Source of the DNA: Candidatus Poribacteria bacterium
GTDB lineage: Bacteria > Poribacteria > WGA-4E > WGA-3G
Direction of reading: 5' to 3'
Assembly (NCBI GenBank): GCA_965208245.1
Contig: OZ242325.1
Location: forward strand, 922,609 to 986,608
DNA: 64,000 nucleotides
Shown: piece after piece, positions 50,948-61,963 of the stretch
How positions within the stretch are numbered: position 1 is the stretch's first letter
How the letters are laid out: every line of letters starts with the position of its first letter
The notes under the pieces: model-generated
The model's database searches: none
The model's input: the letters and a program-made list of their open reading frames with translations, nothing else
What the model was told of the DNA's origin: nothing
Translations under genes and position numbers: made by a program

Positions 50948-51368
50948 ATGCCGCTCAAAATCTCTAATAAAAAACGCGATTACCGAACAACTAACAAGAC
51001 AATCTATAGTTGTCAATATCATGTTATCTGGTGCACAAAATATAGGCGTAAGGTTTTGGATACACAGATACAATGTCGCTTGAAACAGCTAATCCGTGAA
51101 AAACAGGACGACTCTGGTTACCAAATCAGAGAAGTTGAGACTCAACCCGAACATATCCATTTGCTTATAGAGTCCCCGTCCAATGCATTCTGTGGATAAA
51201 GTTGTTGGTAAAATCAAAGGTTACACTTCCAAAGTTTTGCGTGAAGAATATCCATCTTTGAAAAGTCGTCTACCTTCACTTTGGACGCGTTGCAAGTTCG
51301 TAAGTTCCTGTGGTGGTGTAACGCTTCAAGTGATAAAAGACTATATTGAAATGCAAAGCGGACAATGA
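50948..51368 (+). pseudogene. tnpA: IS200-type Y1 transposase TnpA, +1 frameshift near 51180
   Basis: YHVIWCTKYRR, EHIHLLI | KIKGYTS, LW, YIEMQ in two frames. Confidence 0.88.
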
Positions 51369-52477
51369 GAAAGACATATAAATATAAGATACAAAATCAA
51401 TCTAACACTATCAAGTTAGGCAATATGCTTGACGATATGTGGCACATCCATGTGCATATCATGACCTTGCAGCGTCGTTATTACCGCAGGTATAAAAAGA
51501 ACATATCGGCATATAGCATGAATGCCCATGTTGCGAAGTTGAAAAAGCGGACGAAATCACATTGGAAGCAACTGCCGAGTCAAGTTGTGCAAGATGTTGT
51601 GTTGCGTATGGGCAAAGCTTATGATGCATTTTTCAGAAACATGCAAGATCGCAAAGCGGGGAAAACGATGAAGAAAGTCGGCAGACCGAAGATTAAACCG
51701 CGTCATAAATATAAATCTATGACCTTTACACAAGCAGGTTACAAACTTGAAGGAAACCGTATCAAGATCAATTGTATAGATACATGGTATTCCTTTCATA
51801 AACATCATGAAATTTCGGGTGATATCAAAACAATCACCATCAAACGAGACAATTGTGGAGATTATTGGCTATGCTTTAGTTGTGATAATGTTGACGATTC
51901 AGAACCTTTTGCCGAGACGGGTAAGAGTGCAGGCTTTGATTTTGGATTGAAAACATTTTTGACAAGCAGTGGTGGTGAGAAGCTAGAATCCCCGCAGTTT
52001 CTGAAGAAGTCCTTGAATAAGTTGCGTTCACTCAGCAAAGCATTTTCACGCAAAATCAAAGGTTCAGGCAACTGGTATCGTGCGTTGCGTGCGTTGTGTA
52101 GACAGTATCGCGATATTGCTAACCAGCGACTTGACTGGCAGTGGAAACTTGCCACACATCTGTGTCGTGAATACGATGTGCTTGTCTTTGAGAACCTAAA
52201 TATAGATGGTATGAAAAGGCTTTGGGGGCGCAAAGTATCCGATTTGTCTTTTGCACAGTTCTTGCTGATAATGGAACAGAAATGTGCCAAACATGGCAAG
52301 GCGTTCAAACAAGTGGGCAAGTGGACTGCTACAACTAAACCTTGTAGCAACTGTGGATACACAAACGACACCCTAACTCTTATCGATAGGTATTGGATAT
52401 GTCCTCAGTGTGAGACACATCACGACAGAGACATAAACGCTGCTATCAATATCAAACAGGCTGGCTTAGCAGCCTAA
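51365..52477 (+). CDS. tnpB: RNA-guided endonuclease TnpB
   Basis: RuvC GFDFGLK, FENL, zinc finger CSNC..CPQC, DRDINAAINI. Confidence 0.95.
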   Translation: MRKTYKYKIQNQSNTIKLGNMLDDMWHIHVHIMTLQRRYYRRYKKNISAYSMNAHVAKLKKRTKSHWKQLPSQVVQDVVLRMGKAYDAFFRNMQDRKAGKTMKKVGRPKIKPRHKYKSMTFTQAGYKLEGNRIKINCIDTWYSFHKHHEISGDIKTITIKRDNCGDYWLCFSCDNVDDSEPFAETGKSAGFDFGLKTFLTSSGGEKLESPQFLKKSLNKLRSLSKAFSRKIKGSGNWYRALRALCRQYRDIANQRLDWQWKLATHLCREYDVLVFENLNIDGMKRLWGRKVSDLSFAQFLLIMEQKCAKHGKAFKQVGKWTATTKPCSNCGYTNDTLTLIDRYWICPQCETHHDRDINAAINIKQAGLAA

Positions 52478-52570
52478 AGTGGAGATGACGGAAGACGGGT
52501 TATCTCTTAGAGATAAACGCTGTTGTCTACGAAGCACAAGCCCCTACCTTTAGGTAGGGGGTACTATGAC

Positions 52571-52844
52571 AGGAATGTTAGATCAATCTTGTATGGCTTT
52601 TTTAGTGTTGACAGCTGAAGATGAGCAAACTGATGGCACGCTGCATGCCCGTGAGAATGTAATTCATGAAGCAGGACTATTTCAAGGCAGACTCGGATTT
52701 GAAAAAGCAATCATTTTGCTTGAAGAGGGTTGTGAAGAATTTAGCAACATTCACGGACTCGGTCAGATTCGGTTTCCGAAAAGGAATATAAAGGCAGTGT
52801 TTGAGGAGATCCGTGAAGTTTTAGAGCGCGAAGGAGTAATTTAA
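52571..52844 (+). pseudogene. CAP12/Pycsar-type TIR nucleotide-binding domain, 5' truncated
   Basis: AFLVLTAED..ARENVIHEAGLFQGRLG..FSNIHGL; begins exactly at the IS right end. Confidence 0.8.
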
Positions 52845-52899
52845 TCCATTCAGTAGATTCTACTAAACCACGACAACTAATGCTATGTAAGGAAACCCC

Positions 52900-54531
52900 A
52901 TGCCCACACTTGACTTCAAAGGCAAACAATTCATATACGCACACCACCTCACCGTACCCTGTCACGAACCGAAAATAGACGCAGAAAAATCCCACACAGG
53001 CGAAAATCCACCATCATTAGACGATAACCTTATCATTCACGGCGACAACCTGCATGCCTTAAAAGCTCTCCTGCCGATATACGCAGGCAAAATCAAGTGT
53101 ATCTATATTGACCCGCCATACAACACTGGCAACGAAAATTGGGTTTACAATGATAACGTCAACAGTCCGATGATGCAGGCGTGGCTTGAGAAAAATAGCC
53201 CGATTGACGTTGAAGATTTAGAACGGCACGATAAGTGGTTGTGTATGATGTGGCCTCGGTTACACCTATTGCGTGAGTTGTTATCCGATGATGGAGTAAT
53301 TTTTGTTTCTATTGATGATAATGAAGTGCATCATTTGCGTATGTTGATGGATGAGGTATTTGGAGAAGAGAGATTTGTGGCTCAGATCGTATGGCGAAAA
53401 CGAGGTGACCCACCAAGCAATAAGAGACTTGCAAGCACAACAGAATATCTAATAATGTACGGTAATGAAGAGAAAATCAACTTGCGACAACGTGCAGAAG
53501 GAACGGGTAATTTCGCGAATCCTGACAACGATCCTCGTGGTGAATGGAGACATGAAAAGTTATTCATCAGCAACAAGGGAGGCAGAGAAACACAATCAAT
53601 GATCTATCCTATCGTTAATCCCGCTGATGGAATAGAACATTGGCCTCCTGAAAACAATCGATGGGCTATATCAAAAGAAAAAGCTGAACAGTATGTAAAA
53701 GAAGGAAGGATAGTTTTTGGTAAAACTAGGCCTGTAAGGAAAAAATTCAAGTCAGAACTGCGCCAAGGAATCACGTGGTCAAACTTATGGACAACAGACA
53801 ATCATGGCAAGTTTCCAATGAATAGAAACGCCAATGCCGAGATAGTTGAAGTTTTTGGGAACCAGTCATTTGAAACACCCAAACCAGTCGGTCTTATTGA
53901 TCGTATTCTTCACATCGCTACCAGTCCAAAAGATATAGTTCTTGACTCTTTCGCTGGCAGCGGCACCACCGCCCATGCTGTGCTTGCACTCAACAAACAG
54001 GATGGTGGCAACCGAAAGTTTATCCTTGTTGAATGTGAAGACTATGCGGACAAAATCACTGCCGAACGCATCCGTCGCGTCATAGATGGCGTTGAAAATG
54101 CCAAAGATGAGAACTTGCAGAAAGGACTCGGTGGTTCCTTTACCTATTGCACACTCGGTAACACGATTGACGCTGAGGGGATGCTCACAGGTGATTCACT
54201 TCCTACATACGAAACCTTAGCGAACTATGTTGCTTATGCTGCTACCGGCAGTAAATTAGAGGTCAAAGCACAGCAGAAGAATTACTGCTTCGGTGAAACG
54301 AAGGATATCCGTTTCTATCTCATCTATGGACCGACACTTGATTTTTTAGAGAGCAACGAGTCCGCTTTAGATGTGAAACGTGCTGAGCAGATAGCCAAGG
54401 AATGCAAGGCAGTAGGCAAAAAAGCTTATGTCTACGCGTCGCATAAGTTTATGAGTCAAAAAGAACTTACACCGATGGGTATTACCTTCTGCCAACTCCC
54501 CTATAGTATCTACCAAATCGCAGAGAACTAA
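52900..54531 (+). CDS. mod: type III R-M methyltransferase (Mod) 2
   Basis: MPTLDFKGK, IYIDPPYNTG, FETPKP, DSFAGSGTT. Confidence 0.92.
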   Translation: MPTLDFKGKQFIYAHHLTVPCHEPKIDAEKSHTGENPPSLDDNLIIHGDNLHALKALLPIYAGKIKCIYIDPPYNTGNENWVYNDNVNSPMMQAWLEKNSPIDVEDLERHDKWLCMMWPRLHLLRELLSDDGVIFVSIDDNEVHHLRMLMDEVFGEERFVAQIVWRKRGDPPSNKRLASTTEYLIMYGNEEKINLRQRAEGTGNFANPDNDPRGEWRHEKLFISNKGGRETQSMIYPIVNPADGIEHWPPENNRWAISKEKAEQYVKEGRIVFGKTRPVRKKFKSELRQGITWSNLWTTDNHGKFPMNRNANAEIVEVFGNQSFETPKPVGLIDRILHIATSPKDIVLDSFAGSGTTAHAVLALNKQDGGNRKFILVECEDYADKITAERIRRVIDGVENAKDENLQKGLGGSFTYCTLGNTIDAEGMLTGDSLPTYETLANYVAYAATGSKLEVKAQQKNYCFGETKDIRFYLIYGPTLDFLESNESALDVKRAEQIAKECKAVGKKAYVYASHKFMSQKELTPMGITFCQLPYSIYQIAEN

Positions 54532-57177
54532 ATGGAACTGAAAGTCTACCAACAACAAGCATTAGAAACTTTGGACCGCTACCTTGAGGAATTGAAAAAG
54601 GCGCGTCAGCAAGTAGAAGAATTTGCTGCAGTCGACCTTAGTACACTTCCACCAGTTTTGAGAGAACAATCTGCTGCCTTAACCAGCGCAGTTGCAGGTT
54701 TTCCTCGCGCCGCGTGGGAAAACCTTCACGAGAAATCAGGGTTGCCGGGAGTGCCAGACGAAAACGGTGAAAACCATATTCCAGAATATATTACACGTGA
54801 AACCGCTTCTGGTGAACCGATCCCGCATGTCTGCTTGAAAGTGCCAACAGGTGGCGGAAAGACGTTGTTAGGTGTTGAAGCCGTACGGCGACTCAAAATC
54901 GGCACAGGATTCCTACTCTGGATTGTGCCAACTAAAGCCATCTATTCACAAACGCGGGATGCATTTCGCAATCAAGAACATCCCTACCGACAGATCTTGG
55001 ACCGCGCCTCTGGTGACCGCGTTAAACTCCTTGAAAAAAGCGATAGATGGACAAAGCAAGATGTTCAGAACCACCTCTGTGTCATGCTTTTGATGCTACC
55101 ATCCGCAAACCGAGAGAAAAACAAAGAATTTCTAAAGATATTTCGTGATAGCAGCGGTTATGACTCCTTCTTTCCGATTGAAGACGCTATGAGGAAACAT
55201 CAGGCATTATCGGAGGAACATCCAGACCTTGAGACTGTCCAACTCGATGAACCAGGACAGATGCGTGGTATGTTCGCTGCAAATCCCGCAGACAGACTGA
55301 TCAAGCAGAGTCTCTTTAATGTGCTAAAGTTGATACGACCGACAGTGATTTTAGACGAAGCGCATAAGGCTTACGGGAGCAAAACAGCCGAAAACAATCG
55401 GGAGTTTGTAAAAGCAGTGAATCGTCTCAATCCGCGCTTTGTGTTGGAACTTTCTGCTACGCCACAACTCGGAATCAGTAACATCCTTGTCAACATCACC
55501 GGCACAGCACTTAAAGAGGAAGAGATGATTAAAATCCCGATTCAACTCCGCAACTTTCCAAATTCTGATTGGAAATATACACTCGCGGAAGCAAAGACGG
55601 AACGAGATAAATTGGAAGAAGCAGCAAAGAAGTTTCAGCAAGCAGAAAACCGCTATATTCGTCCTATTGCAGTGGTTCGGGTTGATCGCACCGGTAAAAA
55701 ACAACGGGATGGAATAAAAGTGCATGCATTAGATGCTCGTGATGAACTCATCAAGGAACTCGGTGTACCAGAGGAACACATCAAGATAAAATCTTCTGAA
55801 CAAGATGAACTCGCTGGTGTTGATCTGCTCAGTCCCTTTTGTCCTGTGCGCTACATTATCACAAAGGACGCACTAAAGGAAGGATGGGATTGTCCATTTG
55901 CTTATCAACTGGCACTGCTTGATAACACGACAGCAAAAACAGCCATGACGCAGCTAATCGGTAGAGTCATGCGTCAACCGCATGCCCGTGCAACGAATAG
56001 AACGGAATTAGATACTTGTTATATTTACTGTTTCAATCAGAAAGTCGGTGATGCTGTTGACAATGTTAAAAAGGGTTTAGAAGCAGAAGGGTTAACAGGA
56101 CTTGCGGAATACGTTGAGATCACGGATGCGGATCGTAAAAAGAAAAGCATCCAACGTAGGAAGAAATATCGTAAGATGGATATTTTTCTACCACAAGTTT
56201 TACACAAACAAGGACGTAGTTGGGACCTGTTAAATTATGAGCGAGACATTCTCAGCGCGATTCATTGGAGTCAGCTCGGAGCAGTGGAACCAGTAAATTT
56301 AGATGACCATGAACTTTTGAAAGAAATTCGTGCCACCATCCATCTGCAAGACAATGAAGATCCTGAGAGAATCGTATTAGAGAATGTAACCCAAAAATTG
56401 GAAGTCTCGTTTTTCGTTCGCCGCTTGAATGATGTAATTCCAAACCCTTGGCAAGCGGCGCGTATCGTTAAAGCCACCCTCCAAACCTATAGAAAACAAG
56501 GTACTGATGACGACAAGTTATTTACAAACCGGTTATATCTCTCCGAAGTTTTGAAAAACAAACTCCGCACACAGATAGATACTCTCGCTGAATCTATTTT
56601 TCGAGAAAAACTACAGAATAATCAAATTAGGTTTAGTCTTGAAACAGATGTCGCGTTGAATTTTGAGTTGGAAAAAACGATTGAAGTTGTTATTTCAAAA
56701 GACGCAAAACGTCTAACCCGTTCAGATGCAAGTCCAGTGCAGCTTAACCTTTTTAACCCAGTATATGAGGCAGATTTCAACAATTTGGAGAAAGATTTCG
56801 CGCTTTATTTGGACAAAAAAGATGCAATTCAGTGGTGGCATCGCATCGCCGCAAGGCAAGGGTATTTCCTACAAGGCTGGCGACGCGACCGGGTTTATCC
56901 TGACTTTATCGCTTGTGTGCGAGGAGACAAGAAGGGACAACAACGGCTTTTGATCTGTGAAACAAAAGGGCAACATCTTGAAGGTAACAGCGACACCACA
57001 TACAAACAGAACCTAATTAAAACGTTAGAAGAAGCGTATAAAAACGCCACAGAATACGGTACTATGGAAGCTGCCGGTCCTGATGCTAAACCCATGTCTT
57101 TTCGTATGCTGCTTGAAGACACTTGGCTCGAGACAGTTAATGAAGCAATAGATCGTGATTATGCGACTGACGAGTAG
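54532..57177 (+). CDS. res: type III R-M restriction helicase/nuclease (Res) 2
   Basis: KVPTGGGKT, DEAH, LKEGWDCPFAY, QLIGRVMRQP, YPDFI..ETKG. Confidence 0.9.
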   Translation: MELKVYQQQALETLDRYLEELKKARQQVEEFAAVDLSTLPPVLREQSAALTSAVAGFPRAAWENLHEKSGLPGVPDENGENHIPEYITRETASGEPIPHVCLKVPTGGGKTLLGVEAVRRLKIGTGFLLWIVPTKAIYSQTRDAFRNQEHPYRQILDRASGDRVKLLEKSDRWTKQDVQNHLCVMLLMLPSANREKNKEFLKIFRDSSGYDSFFPIEDAMRKHQALSEEHPDLETVQLDEPGQMRGMFAANPADRLIKQSLFNVLKLIRPTVILDEAHKAYGSKTAENNREFVKAVNRLNPRFVLELSATPQLGISNILVNITGTALKEEEMIKIPIQLRNFPNSDWKYTLAEAKTERDKLEEAAKKFQQAENRYIRPIAVVRVDRTGKKQRDGIKVHALDARDELIKELGVPEEHIKIKSSEQDELAGVDLLSPFCPVRYIITKDALKEGWDCPFAYQLALLDNTTAKTAMTQLIGRVMRQPHARATNRTELDTCYIYCFNQKVGDAVDNVKKGLEAEGLTGLAEYVEITDADRKKKSIQRRKKYRKMDIFLPQVLHKQGRSWDLLNYERDILSAIHWSQLGAVEPVNLDDHELLKEIRATIHLQDNEDPERIVLENVTQKLEVSFFVRRLNDVIPNPWQAARIVKATLQTYRKQGTDDDKLFTNRLYLSEVLKNKLRTQIDTLAESIFREKLQNNQIRFSLETDVALNFELEKTIEVVISKDAKRLTRSDASPVQLNLFNPVYEADFNNLEKDFALYLDKKDAIQWWHRIAARQGYFLQGWRRDRVYPDFIACVRGDKKGQQRLLICETKGQHLEGNSDTTYKQNLIKTLEEAYKNATEYGTMEAAGPDAKPMSFRMLLEDTWLETVNEAIDRDYATDE

Positions 57178-57358
57178 TTGACACATTCTATAGTTTCACG
57201 ATGACATAACAATTCTATCTCAATATCTAAAATTGAAAAGAACGATTTTAAGACCAACGGTGATATGGAAAGTACCTACTTTATTTTATCTAAGATAATG
57301 TTCAAACATAGTAGAAGACGTGCTTTTGAAGTAGAGATTTTAATAGAAAAAGAAAACT

Positions 57359-57972
57359 ATGCAGCAAAACAATAAACAAACCACTAGTAAACCTATGGTT
57401 GTATCAATTATATCGGAAGGAGTCGACAACGGAACTGGGTTTTTCGTTACTGAGAGTTCAATTGCAACAAATATCCACTGTATAGCAGGCGCAACATCAG
57501 TTTTAGCCAACCATTCACCCACGAATACCGAGTACGTTGTCAAAGGTATTGTAGCGTCTGATTCCAATAATGATCTTGTTATACTGAAAGTTGAAGGTCA
57601 AGGAATCCCTTTTCCAATCTGCAATAGCGATCTGGTTGAGAAAGGTGGGACCGTTAAAGTAATTGGGTGTCCTTTTGGAACGTATAGAATTTCAGAAGGT
57701 AAATTTCACAATTTATTGAACAAAGGACAATGGATGTTGTTAACAAAGGACAATGGATGTTAACAACAACTAAAACAGGTGATGGGTATAGTGGTGGACC
57801 CCTGTTAATTAAAAATGAAACAATGCAATATGAAATAAATTACCTTTTTAGACATAGTGAAATTGCCAAACTTCTAAATTGGTACTCTTTTGCAACAATG
57901 CAAAAAGAACTCTATGCTAAGGATAGAAATATGCTGCGTTTTTTGGAGAATAATACGTCAATAGTTATTTAA
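57359..57972 (+). pseudogene. trypsin-like serine protease, frameshifted by a 23-bp duplication
   Basis: GTGFFV..ATNIHCI, DLVILKV | GYSGGPL; aacaaaggacaatggatgtt duplicated at 57719-57761. Confidence 0.75.
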
Positions 57973-58206
57973 AAAATGGCCAACAAACTCCATCAAGACC
58001 TCACTAAAACCTTAACAAAAATCTATCACCCGCACCATACATATATAGAACATAATCCCAAAACTACTTATTGCGATTTTTTATGCATATTTCAACATGG
58101 AACGAATTTCTTACCGTTCAGGAAATTAAAAAAATTGAATCAGTCAGAAAACCCACGACAACCCCATACAGTAACTAACGCCACAACCAATGTACAAAAA
58201 CATACC

Positions 58207-58228
58207 ACGGTAAGAAATTTCTTACCGT
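58207..58228. promoter_or_regulatory. perfect 22-bp palindrome (operator-like)
   Basis: acggtaagaaatttcttaccgt; related half-site aatttcttaccgt near 58105. Confidence 0.6.
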
Positions 58229-58256
58229 ATGGTACCTTTTTGAAAGGAGACACACC

Positions 58257-58988
58257 ATGAAATTACAGGAACATCACAAAGAATTCGCCGTCAAATGCTT
58301 CGCAAAATACATGCAACGCAGTGATGTCGCTGACGCATTTATGCTCGAATTTGAACACGATTTACCAAAGCCACCACCCCCAGAACCTCCAAACTTTGAA
58401 AAAGAAATCGCTGGGGCAGAATACCAATTCAGCAAAAATGAATACGTCGAGGATAAAACGGGTCAAATCTGTTGGCGATATCTAATGATGTACAATATTG
58501 ATGTAGATACACAATATCAGAAAGATGAAGCATACTATATTGAGAAATTCAAACTGGAGTTTGATAAAAAGTGGCAGAAAGAACGCGAAAAAATGTATGA
58601 GGAACAACTATCTGAATATCAGTTGATCCTTGACAAGCACTACATGCAAATCCATAAGGAACTCTCAAACCAATTACGACGACTGAACATCACGCATACA
58701 CAATTCCCTGAAAAATACCGACAACTATTCAACGAATCACGCGATGCGTTTTTAAAAGGCAAAAGAGATGATAACATGACTGACGTTGGCTTAACGAATG
58801 ACGATAACATTCAACAAGAGTTAGAAATCATCTTTGGTCACGTCAAAAACCTTATGTTCTTAGAGAAAGAACCGAAGGAGGTACTAAAACACGTAGACAT
58901 GGCACACGGCATACTCAAAACTATCTCGTCTAACAATAAGCAAAAACGGGAAGACGCCAGTAAAGAATCACATAATACCGAAAATTGA
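58257..58988 (+). CDS. hypothetical protein, weak DUF2280-like similarity
   Basis: AAGGAG RBS; KEFAVKCFA..DVADAF..EF and KYRQLFNESRDAF. Confidence 0.55.
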   Translation: MKLQEHHKEFAVKCFAKYMQRSDVADAFMLEFEHDLPKPPPPEPPNFEKEIAGAEYQFSKNEYVEDKTGQICWRYLMMYNIDVDTQYQKDEAYYIEKFKLEFDKKWQKEREKMYEEQLSEYQLILDKHYMQIHKELSNQLRRLNITHTQFPEKYRQLFNESRDAFLKGKRDDNMTDVGLTNDDNIQQELEIIFGHVKNLMFLEKEPKEVLKHVDMAHGILKTISSNNKQKREDASKESHNTEN

Positions 58989-59154
58989 CACCAATGGTGA
59001 CAACAACTTTAAACACCCATTTCAACTATTTTTCTTGACATAGAACGCTATTGATGTTAAGATAATAAAGATGTTTTTACTGTCCTATAGAAGAATTGGA
59101 ATTTTCCCAGTTTATGACTTTACAGAAAAGGAAAAGCAACCTTCAGAATAAAGT

Positions 59155-59703
59155 ATGGAAGAAATATCACGATTACCAAAAACAGAACCATTACAATTAC
59201 GCTACTACGGCGACCCGGTCCTGCGAAAAAGAGCTGAACCCGTACAGGAAATTACAGACGTAGAACGACTACTCGCAGATGATATGTTAGAAACGCTCTA
59301 CGCTTCATTCGGAATCGGTCTTGCTGCAACACAGGTCGGTATCTTAAAACGATTTATCATTGTAGATATAGGCGTAGTGGAAGATGAAGAAGAATTTGAA
59401 CCTCTAAAACTATTCAACCCCGAAATAATCAGTGTTGAAGGGGAGTGTGTCCTTGAAGAGGGATGTCTAAGTATACCTGATTTACGGGCAGATGTGAAAA
59501 GACCTGTGCAAATTGTCGTAAACGCAATAAACATAGACAGTGAAGATGTTCAGATTGAAGCAGATGGACTCCTTGCACGCGTAATTCAACATGAAATAGA
59601 CCATCTCAACGGTGTCCTTTTTATTGATAGGATCAGTGGTATAAAAAGACAACTGTTGAGAGACCATTTGAAGATAATACAGCAAGCGGAACGACCAGAT
59701 TAA
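59155..59703 (+). CDS. def: peptide deformylase
   Basis: GIGLAATQVG, EGCLS, QHEIDHLNG. Confidence 0.97.
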   Translation: MEEISRLPKTEPLQLRYYGDPVLRKRAEPVQEITDVERLLADDMLETLYASFGIGLAATQVGILKRFIIVDIGVVEDEEEFEPLKLFNPEIISVEGECVLEEGCLSIPDLRADVKRPVQIVVNAINIDSEDVQIEADGLLARVIQHEIDHLNGVLFIDRISGIKRQLLRDHLKIIQQAERPD

Positions 59704-59724
59704 CAACCTTTAGGATTTAAACAG

Positions 59725-60558
59725 ATGTTACCCCAACTGCTACAAACAAAGGTAGATAGACTTTACGATCAATTGCAGGACTATGAAAAGGTTATCGTTG
59801 CTTTTTCTGGCGGCGTTGATAGTACCTTCCTTGCAGAAGCCGCACAAAACGCTTTAGGTGAAAACGCATTGGCTGTAACCGCAATCTCCGATTCATATCC
59901 CATAAGAGAAATGCATGCTGCACAAGATATCGCAAAACAGATCGGAATACGGCTTGAGACTGTTCATACAAAAGAATTAGATTTAGAAGGGTACGCAAGC
60001 AATCCTACGAATAGATGTTTTTTTTGTAAAACAGAATTATTTGATAGATTGCGATCCATCGCTGAAAAATATGATGTGGGAATCATTATCTACGGTGCTA
60101 TTCCTGATGATGTCGGTGACCACCGCCCGGGAATGGATGCAGCTAAAAAGATGGGAATTCAGGCTCCCCTAATAGATGTCGACTTAACGAAAGCAGAGAT
60201 ACGCGAAATCTCAAAAGAATGGCAACTACCCACCTGGGATAAACCCGCGTTTGCTTGTTTATCGTCCCGGTTCCCTTACGGCATGCGTATCACGAAGAAA
60301 CTGCTCCGACAGGTTGATGCAGCAGAACAGTTTCTATACGATTTAGGAATACGACAATTCCGCGTCAGGCACCACGGTGAATTCGCTCGTATAGAATTGG
60401 ATGCAGAAGAAATAAATCTACTACGTCAGAAAGAAACAAGAAATCGAGTTAACCTACATTTTAAACAACTCGGATATGAACACGTCACGCTTGATTTGCA
60501 AGGGTATCGTTCTGGCAGCCTCAATGAAGGGATAACAAAAATCATCACTGGTTCGTAA
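59725..60558 (+). CDS. larE: ATP-dependent sacrificial sulfur transferase LarE
   Basis: AFSGGVDS, RCFFCK, DHRPG, ACLSSRFPYG, GYRSGSLN. Confidence 0.9.
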   Translation: MLPQLLQTKVDRLYDQLQDYEKVIVAFSGGVDSTFLAEAAQNALGENALAVTAISDSYPIREMHAAQDIAKQIGIRLETVHTKELDLEGYASNPTNRCFFCKTELFDRLRSIAEKYDVGIIIYGAIPDDVGDHRPGMDAAKKMGIQAPLIDVDLTKAEIREISKEWQLPTWDKPAFACLSSRFPYGMRITKKLLRQVDAAEQFLYDLGIRQFRVRHHGEFARIELDAEEINLLRQKETRNRVNLHFKQLGYEHVTLDLQGYRSGSLNEGITKIITGS

Positions 60559-60569
60559 AAAAGTCTAAT

Positions 60570-61907
60570 ATGCCCAACCAAGAACAGAAACAGCCCCTAA
60601 AAGGTATAGAGACATTCAGCTGGAAGAAATGGGACGCTTGCACACACTGTGGTCTTTGCCTTCCTACTTGTCCAACCTATCGCGAATTAGGATTAGAAAC
60701 CGACTCTCCGAGAGGACGATTATATCTGATGGGGAGTGCCTTCAAACAACAAGATCCAACACCACTCACCAAGGAGTGGGAAGAATACATCTATAGGTGT
60801 TTAGACTGTAGAGCATGTGAGACCGCTTGTCCATCAGGTGTCCATTTCGGCGAACTCCTTGAAGAGGCACGCGCTATCTATGAAAGCAACGTACATCGAC
60901 CCCTATCTTACCGTTTCTGGACAAATCTTGTATTCAAACAGATACTCACTAGCAAGGAAAGGTTAGACTGGATCTTTGAGTTGATGTGGCTCTATCAAAG
61001 ACTCGGAATTCAATGGTTTGTGCAAAAAATAGGACTCCTAAGACTGATGGGAAATATTGGAAAAATGGAGGTTTTACTGCCAACAATACCCCATCCAAAT
61101 CAGAAATATACAATACGTGATATTACACCTGCTGAAGGTGAAACCCGCTACCGAGTGGGGTTTATCCTTGGATGTATCATGAACCAGGTCTTCACTGAAA
61201 CCAACTTGGCTACGATACGTGTTCTGACTGCAAACGGTTGCGAAGTTGTTACGTCACGAGATCAGACCTGCTGTGGTGCACTGCATTTACATAACGGTGT
61301 GCGTGATGTTGCATCAGAACTCGCTAAACAGAATATTGGCGCATTTGAGAAAGAGAATTTAGATGCTATTATCATCAGTTCAGCGGGATGTGGCGCAACA
61401 CTGAAAGAGTATAAAGCACTCCTCAAAAGTGATGCTGATTACGCAGAAAAGGCAGAGAACTTTAGCAACAAAATGCAAGACATAAGCGAATTCTTAGCCG
61501 AAATTGAGATGGTAGCACCTAAAGGAGAAATACCGAAAAAAGTAACTTACGATGAACCGTGTCATCTCTTACACGGACAACGGATAAAATCACACCCCCG
61601 AAAAGTCTTGCAAACTATACCAGAACTTGAGTTGATCGAATTGGCTGAATCAGAATGGTGTTGCGGGAGCGCAGGTATTTACAATATCACACAACCCGAA
61701 CTTTCACAGGAGATACTTGAACGCAAAATGACACATATTGCAGATACTGATGCTGATATTGTTGTAACTGGAAATCCAGGATGTTTACTCCACATACAGG
61801 TCGGAATTCAGAAGCACGGTTTAGACATGAAAGCGATGCATCCCGTCACCCTCCTCGACTACGCTTACCGTAATATCCCTCCAGGCGAATGGATTGAAAA
61901 TAATTGA
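60570..61907 (+). CDS. GlcF-like (Fe-S)-binding protein with 2x[4Fe-4S] and CCG domains
   Basis: CTHCGLCLPTCP, CLDCRACETACP, CCGA, CCGSAG. Confidence 0.85.
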   Translation: MPNQEQKQPLKGIETFSWKKWDACTHCGLCLPTCPTYRELGLETDSPRGRLYLMGSAFKQQDPTPLTKEWEEYIYRCLDCRACETACPSGVHFGELLEEARAIYESNVHRPLSYRFWTNLVFKQILTSKERLDWIFELMWLYQRLGIQWFVQKIGLLRLMGNIGKMEVLLPTIPHPNQKYTIRDITPAEGETRYRVGFILGCIMNQVFTETNLATIRVLTANGCEVVTSRDQTCCGALHLHNGVRDVASELAKQNIGAFEKENLDAIIISSAGCGATLKEYKALLKSDADYAEKAENFSNKMQDISEFLAEIEMVAPKGEIPKKVTYDEPCHLLHGQRIKSHPRKVLQTIPELELIELAESEWCCGSAGIYNITQPELSQEILERKMTHIADTDADIVVTGNPGCLLHIQVGIQKHGLDMKAMHPVTLLDYAYRNIPPGEWIENN

Positions 61908-61963
61908 ATATAGTCGAGTCACAAAAACATGACAACTTTCCAGATTAATGGTAATATTAAAAT

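Larger units (their letters stand above)
50823..52570 (+). mobile_element. IS200/IS605-family element (tnpA + tnpB)
   Basis: Subterminal hairpins at both ends, right end ...gtactatgac, internal TTGACA-17-TATAAT promoter. Confidence 0.92.

Noticed and set aside
51170-51200. Programmed frameshift in tnpA
   Set aside because: No slippery sequence, and IS200-type TnpA is not known to use frameshifting
57976-58260. 94-aa ORF upstream of the DUF2280-like gene
   Set aside because: No recognisable motif and it overlaps the palindromic sites; may be non-coding
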